In this document: positions 40,499 to 51,447 of the stretch, in pieces
Position numbering within the stretch: the stretch's first letter is position 1
How the letters are laid out: each line of letters starts with the position of its first letter
NCBI GenBank assembly: GCA_051874735.1
Contig: JBJEGD010000004.1
Coordinates: 32,001 to 96,000, forward strand
Source: Candidatus Bruticola sp.
Lineage (GTDB): Bacteria; Vulcanimicrobiota; Xenobia; Xenobiales; Xenobiaceae
Reading direction: 5' to 3'
Length of the DNA: 64,000 bases
Position numbers and translations under genes: made by a program
Notes under the pieces: model-generated
What the model was told of the DNA's origin: nothing
The model's input: only the letters and a program-made list of their open reading frames with translations
Database searches by the model: none

Positions 40499-40745
40499 AC
40501 TAAAATGTGAACAATAAGACAAATTTGGAGAAAATATTTAAAAGTCTGCTAATAAGTTATTGAATATCTTGAAATGTTGGCGTTTTTATGCTTAAATTGC
40601 CTGGCATGGCTATGAGGTTTCTCTCTCTATCGTTGTAATTGATGAGAGAGCGATTTTTTTTTGTTAAACCTCATTTGTGGGTGCAAACGAATTCCAAACT
40701 TTTAGGCTTTGGAATTTGGCGTATACCCACGGAAGGAGAACTTAA

Positions 40746-41570
40746 GTGCCAACGAGACTTTATAAACCGACTACTAACGGCCGTCGTTTTATGTCGGTGA
40801 TGGACAACAGCAATTTAAGCAAATGTAAACCTGAGGAGTCTTTGCTCGTTCCTCATAAGGTAACTGCCGGCCGCAACGCTCAGGGCCGCGTTACTGCTCG
40901 TCATCGTGGCGGCGGTCACAAGCGTCAGTACCGTATCATTGACTGGCGTCGTGATAAAGATAATATCCCCGCTCGTGTTGCTACTATTGAGTACGATCCC
41001 AACCGCTCTGCACACATCGCCCTTCTTCATTATGCTGATGGTGAAAAGCGTTATATCTTGGCTGCCAATAATATGAAGGTTGGCGATAGCGTTATTTCTG
41101 GCGTAGCTCAAGATATTAAAATCGGCAATGCCATGATGCTTCAGAGCATGCCTATTGGTACTATTGTACATAATGTCGAATTGAAACCCGGCCGCGGTGC
41201 TCAGATGGCTCGCTCTGCCGGTTCTTCTGCTCAGTTGATGGCTAAAGAGGGCCGTTTCGCTCTCTTGCGTTTGCCTTCTTCTGAAGTACGCAAAGTGCCT
41301 ATCACCTGCCGCGCTACTGTAGGTCAGGTAGGCAATGTCGATCACGAAAATATGATAATTGGTAAAGCCGGTCGTTCTCGCTGGATGGGCAAGAGACCCC
41401 ATATCCGTGGTGTGGCTACTAACCCGTGTGACCATCCCCATGGCGGCGGTGAAGCGAGGTCTACTCCTGGCCGTCCCAGCACAACTCCTTGGGGTAAGCC
41501 TACTTACGGCTTGAAGACCCGCAGGAAACAGCCTGGCGACAAGATGATTGTGAGACGCCGCGGCTGCTAG
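40746..41570 (+). CDS. rplB: 50S ribosomal protein L2
   Basis: IEYDPNRSA and DHPHGGGE; GTG start. Confidence 0.99.
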   Translation: MPTRLYKPTTNGRRFMSVMDNSNLSKCKPEESLLVPHKVTAGRNAQGRVTARHRGGGHKRQYRIIDWRRDKDNIPARVATIEYDPNRSAHIALLHYADGEKRYILAANNMKVGDSVISGVAQDIKIGNAMMLQSMPIGTIVHNVELKPGRGAQMARSAGSSAQLMAKEGRFALLRLPSSEVRKVPITCRATVGQVGNVDHENMIIGKAGRSRWMGKRPHIRGVATNPCDHPHGGGEARSTPGRPSTTPWGKPTYGLKTRRKQPGDKMIVRRRGC

Positions 41571-41632
41571 TAAGGTCTGCAAGGTACTTGGCCCGTTTGT
41601 GAAGGCTCGTACCTTATTTATGGAGGATTCAG

Positions 41633-41926
41633 ATGTCTCGTTCAGTGAAAAAAGGCCCGTTTGTGGCCGAACATCTTCAGAAGAAGATTGAAAAACTCAA
41701 CGCCGGTAACCAGAAAAGTTTAGTAAAAACCTGGTCTCGCGCCAGCACTATTACCCCTGAAATGATTGGTCACACCATTGCTGTTCACAACGGTCGCACT
41801 CACGTTTCCGTTTACGTAGCTGAGGAAATGGTTGGTCATAAGTTGGGTGAGTTCGCTCCTACTAGATTGTTCCGCGGTCACGCCGGCGGCAAAGCTGAGA
41901 AGAAGAGCAAGGTCGCTAAGAAGTAA
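41633..41926 (+). CDS. rpsS: 30S ribosomal protein S19
   Basis: SVKKGPFV and [11 protein letters not shown]. Confidence 0.99.
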   Translation: MSRSVKKGPFVAEHLQKKIEKLNAGNQKSLVKTWSRASTITPEMIGHTIAVHNGRTHVSVYVAEEMVGHKLGEFAPTRLFRGHAGGKAEKKSKVAKK

Positions 41927-41959
41927 GTTCTGGCTTAAAGGAAAATTCTTGGAGGAATT

Positions 41960-42346
41960 ATGGCTAATATAGGTTCAGATGCAGCCGTCAAGACCGAAGA
42001 AGTAACGGTTAGAGCAGTTGCTAAATATGTGCACATGACCCCGCGCAAGTTGCGTCTTTGCGCTCGTGCGATCTATGGCAAGTCCGCTGCGGCTGCTGCC
42101 AACATGCTCCGCTTTACTAATAAGCGCGCTGCTGGCACTATGCTTAAAGTTTTAGAGTCCGCTGTAGCTAATGCTGTGAACAATCACAAACTCGACGCTG
42201 AAAAGCTCGTTGTCTATCGCGCTTTTGTTGATGAAGGCCCTACCGGCAAAGGTTGGCTCCCTCGCTCCCGCGGCCGCGCTAGTCAGCTCCATAAGAGAAC
42301 TAGTCATATTACCGTTGTTGTCAAAGAGAAGGAGAATGTGCGCTAA
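41960..42346 (+). CDS. rplV: 50S ribosomal protein L22
   Basis: SAVANA, VDEGPT and [10 protein letters not shown]. Confidence 0.98.
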   Translation: MANIGSDAAVKTEEVTVRAVAKYVHMTPRKLRLCARAIYGKSAAAAANMLRFTNKRAAGTMLKVLESAVANAVNNHKLDAEKLVVYRAFVDEGPTGKGWLPRSRGRASQLHKRTSHITVVVKEKENVR

Positions 42347-42975
42347 TGGGTCAGAAAATTCATCCCAATGGTTTGCGTGTTGGCATCATCAGAGGTTGGG
42401 ACTCTCGTTGGTACAGTCAGAAAGAGTACGCTAATTGGCTGCGTGAGGATATGCGCATCCGCGACTTTATTGTGAAGTTCCATAAGAACGCCGGCGTAAC
42501 TAAAGTCGAGATTGAGCGCGCTAGTAAGGTTCACGTCATTGTCAATACTGCTAAGCCCGGTTTAGTGATCGGTAAGAAGGGTGCTGGTATTGATGATCTT
42601 CGCAGTCGCTTAGAGAAAATGACCTCTAAGTCTGTAAAAATTTCTATTCAGGAAATTAATCAGCACGAGCTCGAAGCTTCTTTGGTCGCTGAGAATATCG
42701 CCGATGCTTTAGTGAAGCGCGTTACTTTCCGTCGTGCTATGAAGCAGGCTGCTCAGCGCGTTATGAAAGCTGGAGCCAAGGGGATCCGCATTCAGGTTTC
42801 TGGTCGTTTAGGAGGCAGTGAAATCGCCCGCACCGAGCGTACCTTTAATGGTAAGGTGCCTCTGCACACTTTGAGAGCCGATGTGGACTATTCTATAAAA
42901 GAAGCCAATACCACTTACGGTGTGATTGGTGTTAAAGTTTGGATCTATCGTGGCGACATTTTGTCGAAGCGCTAA
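42346..42975 (+). CDS. rpsC: 30S ribosomal protein S3
   Basis: [11 protein letters not shown] and [12 protein letters not shown]. Confidence 0.99.
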   Translation: MGQKIHPNGLRVGIIRGWDSRWYSQKEYANWLREDMRIRDFIVKFHKNAGVTKVEIERASKVHVIVNTAKPGLVIGKKGAGIDDLRSRLEKMTSKSVKISIQEINQHELEASLVAENIADALVKRVTFRRAMKQAAQRVMKAGAKGIRIQVSGRLGGSEIARTERTFNGKVPLHTLRADVDYSIKEANTTYGVIGVKVWIYRGDILSKR

Positions 42976-43088
42976 CAAACTGTTTACAACAAGACGCTAA
43001 GTTTTTTCGCCCGTAACTTGCAAAAGCTGAATCTTTATAATATACTGGTTCAGCATTTTGCAGTTACGATCGCGTGGAGGATAGGAAT

Positions 43089-43511
43089 ATGTTAAGCCCC
43101 AAGAGGGTTAAGTATCGTAAGACGCACCGTGGCCGTATGACAGGAAAGGCCCAGCGCGGTAATACCGTGGCCTTTGGTGAGTATGGGATCCAGAGTCTTG
43201 AGCCTTGCTGGGTGACCGACAGGCAGATTGAGGCCGCTCGTGTCGCTATGACGCGTTTTATTAAACGCGGTGGTAAAGTCTGGATTAAAGTTTTTCCTGA
43301 TAAGTCGGCAACTAAGAAACCTGCTGAAACTCGTATGGGTTCCGGTAAAGGCGCTCCTGATTACTGGGTAGCCGTAGTGCATACCGGCAGAGTGTTGTTT
43401 GAAGTTGCGGGAGTCCCTGAAGATGTAGCTCGTGAAGCCATGCGTTTAGCCGCTCACAAGCTCCCTATGAAAACCCGCTTTGTTACCCGTGAAAGATTGG
43501 GTGGTGAATAA
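43089..43511 (+). CDS. rplP: 50S ribosomal protein L16
   Basis: [11 protein letters not shown] and RMGSGKG. Confidence 0.99.
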   Translation: MLSPKRVKYRKTHRGRMTGKAQRGNTVAFGEYGIQSLEPCWVTDRQIEAARVAMTRFIKRGGKVWIKVFPDKSATKKPAETRMGSGKGAPDYWVAVVHTGRVLFEVAGVPEDVAREAMRLAAHKLPMKTRFVTRERLGGE

Positions 43512-43513
43512 TT

Positions 43514-43726
43514 ATGAAGCTGAAAGAAGAACGCGCTGGCTTAAGGAAGCTGGGTTTGGCTGTTCTCCGTGGACGTTTAGTAGATGCCAAGCAAGAGTTG
43601 TTTAACCTCCGCTTTCAGTTAGCTACGGGTCATTTGCAGGATGTCTCTCGGGTTGGCCAAGTGAAGAAGCAGATTGCTAGAATTCACACCGTTATCCGTG
43701 AGCTCGAGCTTAAGGAGAGCAAGTAA
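43514..43726 (+). CDS. rpmC: 50S ribosomal protein L29
   Basis: [18 protein letters not shown]; expected position. Confidence 0.96.
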   Translation: MKLKEERAGLRKLGLAVLRGRLVDAKQELFNLRFQLATGHLQDVSRVGQVKKQIARIHTVIRELELKESK

Positions 43727-43986
43727 TGAACGAAGAACGCGGAATTCGCAAAGTAAGAATTGGCGAAGTTATTAGTAACGCTGGCGATAAGACAATCGTA
43801 GTAAAAGTTACCCGTCAGTTCGCGCACCCCATTTATAAAAAGTTCATCCACAAGAGCAAAAAATTCCATGCTCACGATGAAAATAACGAGTGCGGCAAAG
43901 GCGATATCGTTAAGATTCAGGAGACTAGACCCTACTCTAAAATGAAGTGCTGGCGTTTGGTCGAAATCGTTGAGAAAGCCCGTTAG
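43726..43986 (+). CDS. rpsQ: 30S ribosomal protein S17
   Basis: DKTIVV, HPIYKK and ETRPYSK. Confidence 0.98.
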   Translation: MNEERGIRKVRIGEVISNAGDKTIVVKVTRQFAHPIYKKFIHKSKKFHAHDENNECGKGDIVKIQETRPYSKMKCWRLVEIVEKAR

Positions 43987-44076
43987 TATTTCTCTTTTTT
44001 GAACTTTTTTTTGCTAATGCGGCGGAACGCCCGGGTATGGGGATTGCGCCGTGCAGAGAATTAAAGGAGTAACACA

Positions 44077-44445
44077 ATGATCCAGCAGGAGAGCAGGCTC
44101 AGAGTCGCCGACAATTCCGGCGCCCGCGAGCTCCTCTGTATCCGAGTTCTCGGTGGCTCTACAACTACTTATGCAAGTGTTGGCGACATCATCGTAGCAA
44201 CCGTAAAGCAGGCACAGCCTGGAGCAGCCATTAAGAAAGGCGACGTGGTCAAGGCCGTAGTGGTTCGTGTAAAGAAACCTATCCGTCGTCCCGATGGTTC
44301 CTATATTAGATTTGACGAGAATGCGGCTGTCGTGATCAAAGATGATCTTAATCCCCGCGGTACTCGTATCTTTGGGCCGGTAGCTCGTGAACTTCGTGAA
44401 CGCGAATTCATGAAGATTGTGTCTTTAGCGCCCGAGGTATTGTAA
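44077..44445 (+). CDS. rplN: 50S ribosomal protein L14
   Basis: [15 protein letters not shown] and SLAPEVL. Confidence 0.99.
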   Translation: MIQQESRLRVADNSGARELLCIRVLGGSTTTYASVGDIIVATVKQAQPGAAIKKGDVVKAVVVRVKKPIRRPDGSYIRFDENAAVVIKDDLNPRGTRIFGPVARELREREFMKIVSLAPEVL

Positions 44446-44463
44446 GTTTTTAAGGAGTTAACC

Positions 44464-44778
44464 ATGGCTCACGTAAAGAAAGATGACGAAGTAGTCGTCC
44501 TTTGCGGCAAGTACGCCGACAAGCGCGGTAAGGTTCTGGAAGTGAACCCCAAGGACCATAAGGTGACTGTTGATGGTGTCAATATCGTCAAGCGTCGCAT
44601 GAAAGCTCGTCCTCCGCGTTTTCCCCAGGGCACTATTGTTGAGAAGGCTTTGCCTATCGATATCAGCAATGTAATGTTAGTTTGTCCTAAATGCGGCAAG
44701 CCCACTCGCCCTGCCGCAGTAATCGATGCTGATAAGAGCAAACACCGCGTTTGCCGTAAGTGTCACGAACAGTTTTAG
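44464..44778 (+). CDS. rplX: 50S ribosomal protein L24
   Basis: KOW-like start, [16 protein letters not shown]. Confidence 0.97.
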   Translation: MAHVKKDDEVVVLCGKYADKRGKVLEVNPKDHKVTVDGVNIVKRRMKARPPRFPQGTIVEKALPIDISNVMLVCPKCGKPTRPAAVIDADKSKHRVCRKCHEQF

Positions 44779-44885
44779 TATTGTGGTATAACCGCTGACT
44801 TGGGGCTCGTGTAGCGCTCAGGTCGGTCGGAGTATACTTTTTTAGCAACCGTGGGTCGGAAATCCACGGGAAGAGGAGAATTCAA

Positions 44886-45515
44886 GTGGCAAAGCAAGGA
44901 AAAACCCCTAAAGCCCCTTCTGCTCCCAAGAAAAAGAAGGAAGAGTTTGCTGCCGGTGGTCGTCCCCCAGTAGCCGATATTAAGCTCAAGAAGAGCTATC
45001 AGGAAGAGATAGTTCCTGCTCTTAAGAAAGAATTCAACTACACTAACCCTATGCGTATTCCCCGCCTGGTCAAGGTCGTTGTGAATATGGGCGTAGGTGA
45101 AGCGATTGCCAATCCGAAGTCTCTTGAAGGCGCTGTTTCTGATATGCGCGCTATCACTGGTCAGGCTCCGGTTATCACTAAGGCTCGCAAGTCTATTTCA
45201 AACTTCAAACTTCGTGAAGGTGCAAAGATCGGCTGTAAAGTTACTCTGCGCGGCGACATTATGTGGGCATTCTTAGAGAAAGTCTTCAATGTTGTACTCC
45301 CTCGTATCAGAGACTTCCAGGGCATTTCCCCTAAGTCTTTTGATGGCCGCGGCAACTATACGTTTGGCCTTAAAGAGCAGATCATTTTCCCTGAAATCGA
45401 TTATGATAAGGTCGATAAAGTTCGTGGTATGGACATCTGCGTCGTTACTACTGCTCCTACCGACAAAGAGGGATATGCTTTGCTGCGTGCCCTCGGTTGC
45501 CCGTTCCGTCAGTAA
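44886..45515 (+). CDS. rplE: 50S ribosomal protein L5 with a Lys-rich N-terminal extension
   Basis: [16 protein letters not shown] and IFPEI; GTG follows GAGGAG. Confidence 0.98.
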   Translation: MAKQGKTPKAPSAPKKKKEEFAAGGRPPVADIKLKKSYQEEIVPALKKEFNYTNPMRIPRLVKVVVNMGVGEAIANPKSLEGAVSDMRAITGQAPVITKARKSISNFKLREGAKIGCKVTLRGDIMWAFLEKVFNVVLPRIRDFQGISPKSFDGRGNYTFGLKEQIIFPEIDYDKVDKVRGMDICVVTTAPTDKEGYALLRALGCPFRQ

Positions 45516-45533
45516 TTTTTTGGAGGAAGTTTA

Positions 45534-45719
45534 ATGGCTACCACAGCACAAGAAGTAAAAGCCGCCAGAACACCTAAGTTCAAGGTTCGCGCTGTTAATC
45601 GCTGCAAGCTTTGCGGTCGTCCTCGCGCTTACTTCCGTAAATTCGGACTTTGCCGCATTTGCTTCAGAGAGCGTGCCCACTTGGGCCAGATTCCCGGCGT
45701 CACTAAGTCCAGCTGGTAA
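45534..45719 (+). CDS. rpsZ: 30S ribosomal protein S14, type Z (Zn-binding)
   Basis: [15 protein letters not shown]; 61 aa. Confidence 0.97.
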   Translation: MATTAQEVKAARTPKFKVRAVNRCKLCGRPRAYFRKFGLCRICFRERAHLGQIPGVTKSSW

Positions 45720-45803
45720 GATTTTTTTCGTTGCGCTTCTTGAACAGCGCGCCGTATCCGGAGGGATTGCCGGATTCGGCTTTATATACAGGGAGGAAAA
45801 GAA

Positions 45804-46202
45804 ATGCCCACCACTGATCCCATTGCCGATATGCTCACACGTATTCGGAACGCTAACACAGCCGTTCACGAGCAGGTGGACATTCCGGCTTCCAAGCTCA
45901 AAGAGCAGATCGCCAAAGTCCTTTTGCGTGAAGGTTACATCGCTAGTTATCAGGTCGCTTCTACTGGCGTTCAGGGCGTGATCCACATCAAATTGAAATA
46001 CGGCCCAGAGAATGAGGCTGTTATCAACGGCATTAAGCGTATCAGCCGTCCTGGTCTGAGGGTGTATGTCGGAGCTAACGAAATCCCCCGTATTTATGGC
46101 GGTTTAGGTACTGTAGTTATGTCTACTCCTAAGGGCGTCATTACTGGTAAGCAGGCTCGTAAACTTGGAGTCGGCGGTGAAGTTCTCGCCTACGTTTGGT
46201 AG
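45804..46202 (+). CDS. rpsH: 30S ribosomal protein S8
   Basis: [13 protein letters not shown] and SRPGLRVY. Confidence 0.99.
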   Translation: MPTTDPIADMLTRIRNANTAVHEQVDIPASKLKEQIAKVLLREGYIASYQVASTGVQGVIHIKLKYGPENEAVINGIKRISRPGLRVYVGANEIPRIYGGLGTVVMSTPKGVITGKQARKLGVGGEVLAYVW

Positions 46203-46250
46203 GTAATTACTGCGCGGCAGTGCCAAGACAAGTACTGCAGGAGGAATAGT

Positions 46251-46811
46251 ATGTCCAGAATTGGCAAAACACCCATCGTGCTTCCCAAGGGTGTAGAAGT
46301 GCATGTTGAGCCCGGACAGGTTCGCGTAAAAGGACCCAAAGGCGAGCTCACTCAAGCCATCAGCGATAAATTGGAAGTTCGGGTGGAAGGAGATCATATT
46401 TTGGTCGCCCGTCCCGATGACGAGCGCGAGACTAAAGCACAGCATGGTTTAGCCCGCACTCTCATCAACAATATGGTTGTCGGAGTAACCAAAGGCTACA
46501 AAGTATCCTTAGACATCATTGGCGTAGGTTACCGTGCTGCTAAGTCCGGTAAGGGACTTACCTTGAACTTAGGTTATTCCCATCCCATCGAGGTCGATCC
46601 TATTGAAGGTATTGAGTTCGATGTAGAGTCCGATGCTCGTACAAAGTTGAATCGTATCCATGTTATGGGAGCCGATAAACAGCAGGTCGGACAGGTTGCT
46701 GCTAATATTCGTGAATTCAGAAGTCCCGAACCCTATAAGGGCAAAGGTATTCGTTACGTAGACGAAGTTGTGATTCGCAAGGCTGGTAAGGCCGGAAAGA
46801 CTGGTAAATAA
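46251..46811 (+). CDS. rplF: 50S ribosomal protein L6
   Basis: MSRIGK and PEPYKGKGIRY. Confidence 0.99.
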   Translation: MSRIGKTPIVLPKGVEVHVEPGQVRVKGPKGELTQAISDKLEVRVEGDHILVARPDDERETKAQHGLARTLINNMVVGVTKGYKVSLDIIGVGYRAAKSGKGLTLNLGYSHPIEVDPIEGIEFDVESDARTKLNRIHVMGADKQQVGQVAANIREFRSPEPYKGKGIRYVDEVVIRKAGKAGKTGK

Positions 46812-46814
46812 GCT

Positions 46815-47180
46815 ATGAGTAATAATAATGTTTCTCGTAACGTTTTGCGCCAGCGTCGTCATGCTCGTATCCGCAAGAACGTAAGCGGTACAGCTGAGTA
46901 TCCACGCTTGGCAGTTTTCCGCTCCAGCAGGCACGTTTACGCTCAAGTAATTGATGACCAAGCTGGTCACACTCTCGCTTCCGCCAGCTCTTTAGACAAG
47001 ACGCTGCGCGACGAGAAGGTTTCCCCAACTGAGATGGCCAAGCGCGTGGGAATGCTTTGCGCTAAGAGAGCTCAGGAAGTGGGAATTAATAGTGTCGTCT
47101 TCGATCGTGGCGGCTACCAGTTCCATGGACGTGTGGCGGCCTTGGCAGAAGGTGCTCGCGAGCAGGGCTTAGAGTTCTAA
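46815..47180 (+). CDS. rplR: 50S ribosomal protein L18
   Basis: PRLAVFRS and [13 protein letters not shown]. Confidence 0.99.
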   Translation: MSNNNVSRNVLRQRRHARIRKNVSGTAEYPRLAVFRSSRHVYAQVIDDQAGHTLASASSLDKTLRDEKVSPTEMAKRVGMLCAKRAQEVGINSVVFDRGGYQFHGRVAALAEGAREQGLEF

Positions 47181-47233
47181 GCTCAACTGAAGAGACTTTT
47201 CCATAGGCGCATCGCCTACATCAGGAGGAAAAT

Positions 47234-47809
47234 ATGAGGAACCGCATCGATCCCGCTGGGCTCGACCTCAGTAAAGAAGTTGTTGTACAAGTCAAACGCG
47301 TGTCGAAGGTTGTTAAAGGTGGAAAACGCTTTGGTTTCGCCGCGTTGGTAGTAGTTGGCGACGGTCAGGGCGTCGTCGGCGTTGGCATTGGCAAGGCTAG
47401 TGACAATACTGATGCCATTCGTAAGGGCAATGAGGAGGCTCGCAAGAACCTCATTCGCGTGCCTTTGATGGGAACCACAATTCCTCACCCCGTTAACTCT
47501 TTCTACGGAGCTGCTAATGTAGTGCTCCGTCCCGCCGCTCCCGGTACCGGTGTAATCGCTGGCTCTGCTGTTCGTGCCGTTGTAGAGTGCGCTGGTATAG
47601 ATAACATCGTTACAAAGTCGATTGGTTCTACCAACAAGATCAACATCGTTTATTCTACTATGAAAGGATTAGCTTCTCTCTTTAATGCTAATCAAGTAGC
47701 CCGTAACCGCGGTAAAGAAGTTGTTGAGCTCGTAGGTAAGAAAGCTGCTGCTGAGTTAGAGCAGAGTGCCCATCGCGTTCAGAATATAGAAGAGGCTCAA
47801 GCCGAGTAA
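47234..47809 (+). CDS. rpsE: 30S ribosomal protein S5
   Basis: [12 protein letters not shown] and [11 protein letters not shown]. Confidence 0.99.
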   Translation: MRNRIDPAGLDLSKEVVVQVKRVSKVVKGGKRFGFAALVVVGDGQGVVGVGIGKASDNTDAIRKGNEEARKNLIRVPLMGTTIPHPVNSFYGAANVVLRPAAPGTGVIAGSAVRAVVECAGIDNIVTKSIGSTNKINIVYSTMKGLASLFNANQVARNRGKEVVELVGKKAAAELEQSAHRVQNIEEAQAE

Positions 47810-47813
47810 AAAT

Positions 47814-47852
47814 AAGTCGGGCGTCCGTAAAAGGGTCGCTCTGACTTTTTTT
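47814..47852 (+). terminator. Terminator-like hairpin after rpsE, at the usual rpmD position
   Basis: AGTCGGGCG...CGCTCTGACT followed by a T run. Confidence 0.55.
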
Positions 47853-47971
47853 GCGACACTGTAAAGTTGCTCATTCTCAAAATGGGCAATTTTCATACTA
47901 TGTAAAAAAGCTATGTTGAGACTGGATTTTTTTTGCTTTATACATTCCAGTGCAGCATACGGAGGAAAAAA

Positions 47972-48430
47972 ATGAACAATCAGCACATGGGTTCTAATAG
48001 TATTGCCCCTAACGCCGGTGCTCGTCGCAGTCGCAAGCGCGTGGCTCGCGGTCATGGTTGCGGCAGTGTAAAGACTGCTGGCCGCGGTTCTAACGGTCAG
48101 GGCTCTCGTTCCGGTGGTTTGAAGGCCCCCGGCTTTGAAGGTGGTCAGACGCCCTGGTATCGCAGACTTCCTAAGTTCCGTGGTTTTAAAAATCCTTTCA
48201 AAACCGTTTACACTGAGATTTCCGTTGGTAGTTTAGATCGTTTTGAAGATGGCACCGTTGTAGATCCGGAGCTTTTACTCAAAGTCGGTTTAGTCAAGAA
48301 TCTGAACAACCAGATTAAAGTTTTAGGCAACGGCAGCCTTACCAAGAAGCTCACCGTTCAGCTTCACGCTTTTACCAATTCCTCTAAAGATGCTATCGTT
48401 AAGGCTGGCGGAACGGTAGAGGAAATCTAA
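47972..48430 (+). CDS. rplO: 50S ribosomal protein L15
   Basis: GFEGGQTP..RRLPK and KVLGNG. Confidence 0.98.
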   Translation: MNNQHMGSNSIAPNAGARRSRKRVARGHGCGSVKTAGRGSNGQGSRSGGLKAPGFEGGQTPWYRRLPKFRGFKNPFKTVYTEISVGSLDRFEDGTVVDPELLLKVGLVKNLNNQIKVLGNGSLTKKLTVQLHAFTNSSKDAIVKAGGTVEEI

Positions 48431-48432
48431 AA

Positions 48433-49746
48433 GTGGCCAGTTCTTTTGCAGATGCGTTAAAGTCGGACGATCTCCGCAGCCGAGTGGCTTGGGTATTTAT
48501 CGGGCTGGCGATCTTTGTTCTGACTGTACATATTGGTATGCCTGGCGTAAACAAAGACGTGTGGAACGCACTGCTAAGTAAAGGTGAATTATTCCGCTTT
48601 TTGGGAATGTTCACTGGTGGTGCTTTAAATAACTTCTCTGTTGCGGCTATGGGTATTACTCCCTACATCAACGCCTCCATTATTATGCAGCTTCTCACTG
48701 TGGTTATGCCTCAGCTTAAAGATTTGCAAAAAGAGGGCGGAGAGCAGGGACGCAAGCAGATCGGCGTTTATACCAGACAGCTTACTTTAGGATTGGCTGT
48801 ACTTCAAGCTCTGTTCATGACAGTTGCTTTGGCTCGCTACAGTGGTAGCGGTGGCGGTGTTTTCACTATGACTGGCTTTGGCTTTTATGCCATGGTAGTC
48901 ATTGCTTTAGTGAGTGGCACTATGTTCCTAATGTGGCTGGGCGAGCTTATGACTGATAAAGGCATAGGCAACGGCGTCTCTATGATTATCTTCGGCGGCA
49001 TTGTACTGCGTTTTCCTGATTATATCGCGGACAGTTTAAGAGTTGCCAATGTTCAGGGAGCTGCTTATGTACTTTCGTTGGTGATCTTTTTCCTAATTTT
49101 GATTGCTTTAGTGGCTGGTATTGTTTACATTCACCTTGGCATCCGTAAGATACCGATTCAGTATCCCAGACGTCAAGTTGGTACAAAAATGTACGGAGGC
49201 CACTCCAGCTATTTGCCCATTCGCGTCAATAATGCCGGTGTAATTTCCATTATTTTCGCTATCTCTATTATGTATATGCCTAATACTGTGGCTCAGATTA
49301 TGAACTTAGTTTGGGGCAGTAGCCACCCCGGAGTGGCTGCTTTGGCTCAGAATATCGAGACTATTTTTGCCCCTCGTGGAGTGTTCTATAATCTTTGCTA
49401 TGCAGCTTTAGTCATATTCTTCACTTATTTCTATTCTGCTATTACCTTCAATGTCAACGATGTTGCTGATAATCTGAAGAAATCCGGAGGCTTTGTGCCT
49501 GGTATACGTCCAGGTCGTCCTACCGCTGAGTATTTAGAGAAGGTGTTCTCTAGAACAACTTTTATATCTGCAATATTCCTGGCTTTGTTGGCTGTAGCTC
49601 CTACCTACATAATGCAGCTGACTAAGGTTAATACTTTCTTCTTAGGTTCTACTTCTTTGCTTATTATTGTAGGTGTAGCTCTCGATGCTATGCAGCAGAT
49701 TCAGGCTCGTCTGACTATGCGCAAGTACCAAGGGTTTATGAAATAG
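48433..49746 (+). CDS. secY: Preprotein translocase SecY
   Basis: GITPYINASIIMQLL, GIGNGVS and PGIRPG. Confidence 0.99.
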   Translation: MASSFADALKSDDLRSRVAWVFIGLAIFVLTVHIGMPGVNKDVWNALLSKGELFRFLGMFTGGALNNFSVAAMGITPYINASIIMQLLTVVMPQLKDLQKEGGEQGRKQIGVYTRQLTLGLAVLQALFMTVALARYSGSGGGVFTMTGFGFYAMVVIALVSGTMFLMWLGELMTDKGIGNGVSMIIFGGIVLRFPDYIADSLRVANVQGAAYVLSLVIFFLILIALVAGIVYIHLGIRKIPIQYPRRQVGTKMYGGHSSYLPIRVNNAGVISIIFAISIMYMPNTVAQIMNLVWGSSHPGVAALAQNIETIFAPRGVFYNLCYAALVIFFTYFYSAITFNVNDVADNLKKSGGFVPGIRPGRPTAEYLEKVFSRTTFISAIFLALLAVAPTYIMQLTKVNTFFLGSTSLLIIVGVALDAMQQIQARLTMRKYQGFMK

Positions 49747-49832
49747 CCGAGAAAAAACTTCATATTTTTGAAGTAAAAGTCCGTTAGGTATAGAAAGCCG
49801 AACGGACTTATTTTATTTAGGAGAAAAATAGT

Positions 49833-50486
49833 ATGCGTTGTGTATTAGTAGGCCCTCCCGGATGCGGCAAAGGCACTCTTTCTAGCTACATTGTGTCTAA
49901 ATATGGAGTTACGCATATTTCTACCGGAGACATTTTCCGTGAGCATCGTGCTTCAAATAGTGAGTTCGGCAAGAAAATTGCTTCATATATAGATAAGGGA
50001 GAGTTAGTCCCCGATGAACTCGTATTAGATATCGTTTTTGACCGTTTGCAGAAACCTGACTGCGCTAAAGGCTTTATTTTTGATGGTTTCCCCCGTACTT
50101 TGGCTCAAGCTGAAGCTTTACAGGAACGTTTAGAAAAAATAGGCAAGCCACTTGATGCTGTCATCGCTTTTAATGTTCCCGACAGTATCTTGGTGGAGCG
50201 TTTGGTTACTCGTCGAGTTTGCCCCTCTTGTAATGCCGTATATAACATTAAGAACCGTCCTCCTAAAGAAGATAATGTTTGTGACGTATGTCATCATGAA
50301 TTAGTGCATAGAGCTGACGATCGTGAAGAGGTAATTACTTCGCGTCTTGAAGTTTACCGCAGCTCTACAGCTCCTCTGATTGAGTATTATACCAGCAAGA
50401 AACTTTTGGTTACTTTGGATGGCAGTCGAGGGAGCAGCGAAGTAGAAAAGCAATTTGCAGATATGGCTCAAGCTAAAGGTTTATAG
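49833..50486 (+). CDS. adk: Adenylate kinase (Zn-lid type)
   Basis: GPPGCGKGT, HISTGDIFR, DGFPRT and a CxxC...CxxC lid. Confidence 0.98.
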   Translation: MRCVLVGPPGCGKGTLSSYIVSKYGVTHISTGDIFREHRASNSEFGKKIASYIDKGELVPDELVLDIVFDRLQKPDCAKGFIFDGFPRTLAQAEALQERLEKIGKPLDAVIAFNVPDSILVERLVTRRVCPSCNAVYNIKNRPPKEDNVCDVCHHELVHRADDREEVITSRLEVYRSSTAPLIEYYTSKKLLVTLDGSRGSSEVEKQFADMAQAKGL

Positions 50487-50658
50487 TTTTTTTGAGCCTA
50501 CGGGCAGACCGTTTTTTTTCGGTTAGCTTCGTAGGTTAGTCAAAAATTCTGCGTGACTTTAGGTTTAGTAATCTTAATCTCTTCACTCGGAGCTCAGCTC
50601 ATTAGGGGGGAAGAGATATTTTTTTGCAGCAATTCGTTTTTATTAGGGAGTGTATAAA

Positions 50659-51426
50659 ATGCGCATTTATGAAAAGGCAAAAATAAAAACTGAACACGAA
50701 GTTGAACTTATGAAAGCGTCCGGCAATGTACTTAGTGCTTGTCATGATATGCTAGCTGCAAATTGTCGTCCTGGTGTCACCACAAAAGAATTAGATAAGT
50801 TGGCTGAAGATTTTATTCGTAGTCATGGCGGAGTGCCTACATTTTTAGGATATGGAGGCTTCCCTGGTACATGCTGCATTTCTATTAATGAAGAAGTTGT
50901 ACACGGTATTCCCGGCCCTCGCGTTATCAAAGAGGGAGATATTGTCTCTATAGACTGTGGTGTTACTTTGAAGGGATGGGTTTCAGATTCTGCTCGTACT
51001 CATATTGTTGGAGAAGTTGCTCCAGATGTGCGTCGTTTAGTTGATGTGACCAAAGAATGTCTTTATTTAGGAATTGCTCAAGCAAAAGCTGGAAAATTTA
51101 TTCGTGATATAGGCGTAGCTGTGCAAAAACATGCTGAAAAGAACGGATTTGGAGTAGTGCGCGTTTTGGTTGGCCATGGTGTGGGGCGTCAAATGCATGA
51201 ACCGCCGCAAGTCCCAAATTACGATACCGGTCTCAAAGGTCCGCAATTAAAAGAGGGTATGGTGATCGCTATTGAACCTATGATTAATTTAGGGACTTAT
51301 AAAGTATTTCAGTTAGATGACGGCTGGACTTATGTAACTTCCGATCGGAAGCCATCTGCTCACTTTGAGCATACGGTAGCTATTACGGCTGGCGAGCCTA
51401 AAATATTGACTAATGGCCTTGACTAG
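50659..51426 (+). CDS. map: Methionine aminopeptidase type I
   Basis: SINEEVVHGIP, GHGVG, IEPMIN and SAHFEHT. Confidence 0.98.
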   Translation: MRIYEKAKIKTEHEVELMKASGNVLSACHDMLAANCRPGVTTKELDKLAEDFIRSHGGVPTFLGYGGFPGTCCISINEEVVHGIPGPRVIKEGDIVSIDCGVTLKGWVSDSARTHIVGEVAPDVRRLVDVTKECLYLGIAQAKAGKFIRDIGVAVQKHAEKNGFGVVRVLVGHGVGRQMHEPPQVPNYDTGLKGPQLKEGMVIAIEPMINLGTYKVFQLDDGWTYVTSDRKPSAHFEHTVAITAGEPKILTNGLD

Positions 51427-51447
51427 TCCAAAGGCTTGTAGTAGAAT
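51419..51447 (+). promoter_or_regulatory. Sigma70-type promoter for the rpmJ-alpha operon
   Basis: TTGACT-N17-TAGAAT overlapping the map stop. Confidence 0.75.

Noticed and set aside
40815-41582. 255-aa antisense ORF over rplB, and similar shadows over tuf, rpsL, rpsK, rplQ and GGGtGRT
   Set aside because: Antisense shadows of strongly codon-biased conserved genes, with no motifs or ribosome-binding sites
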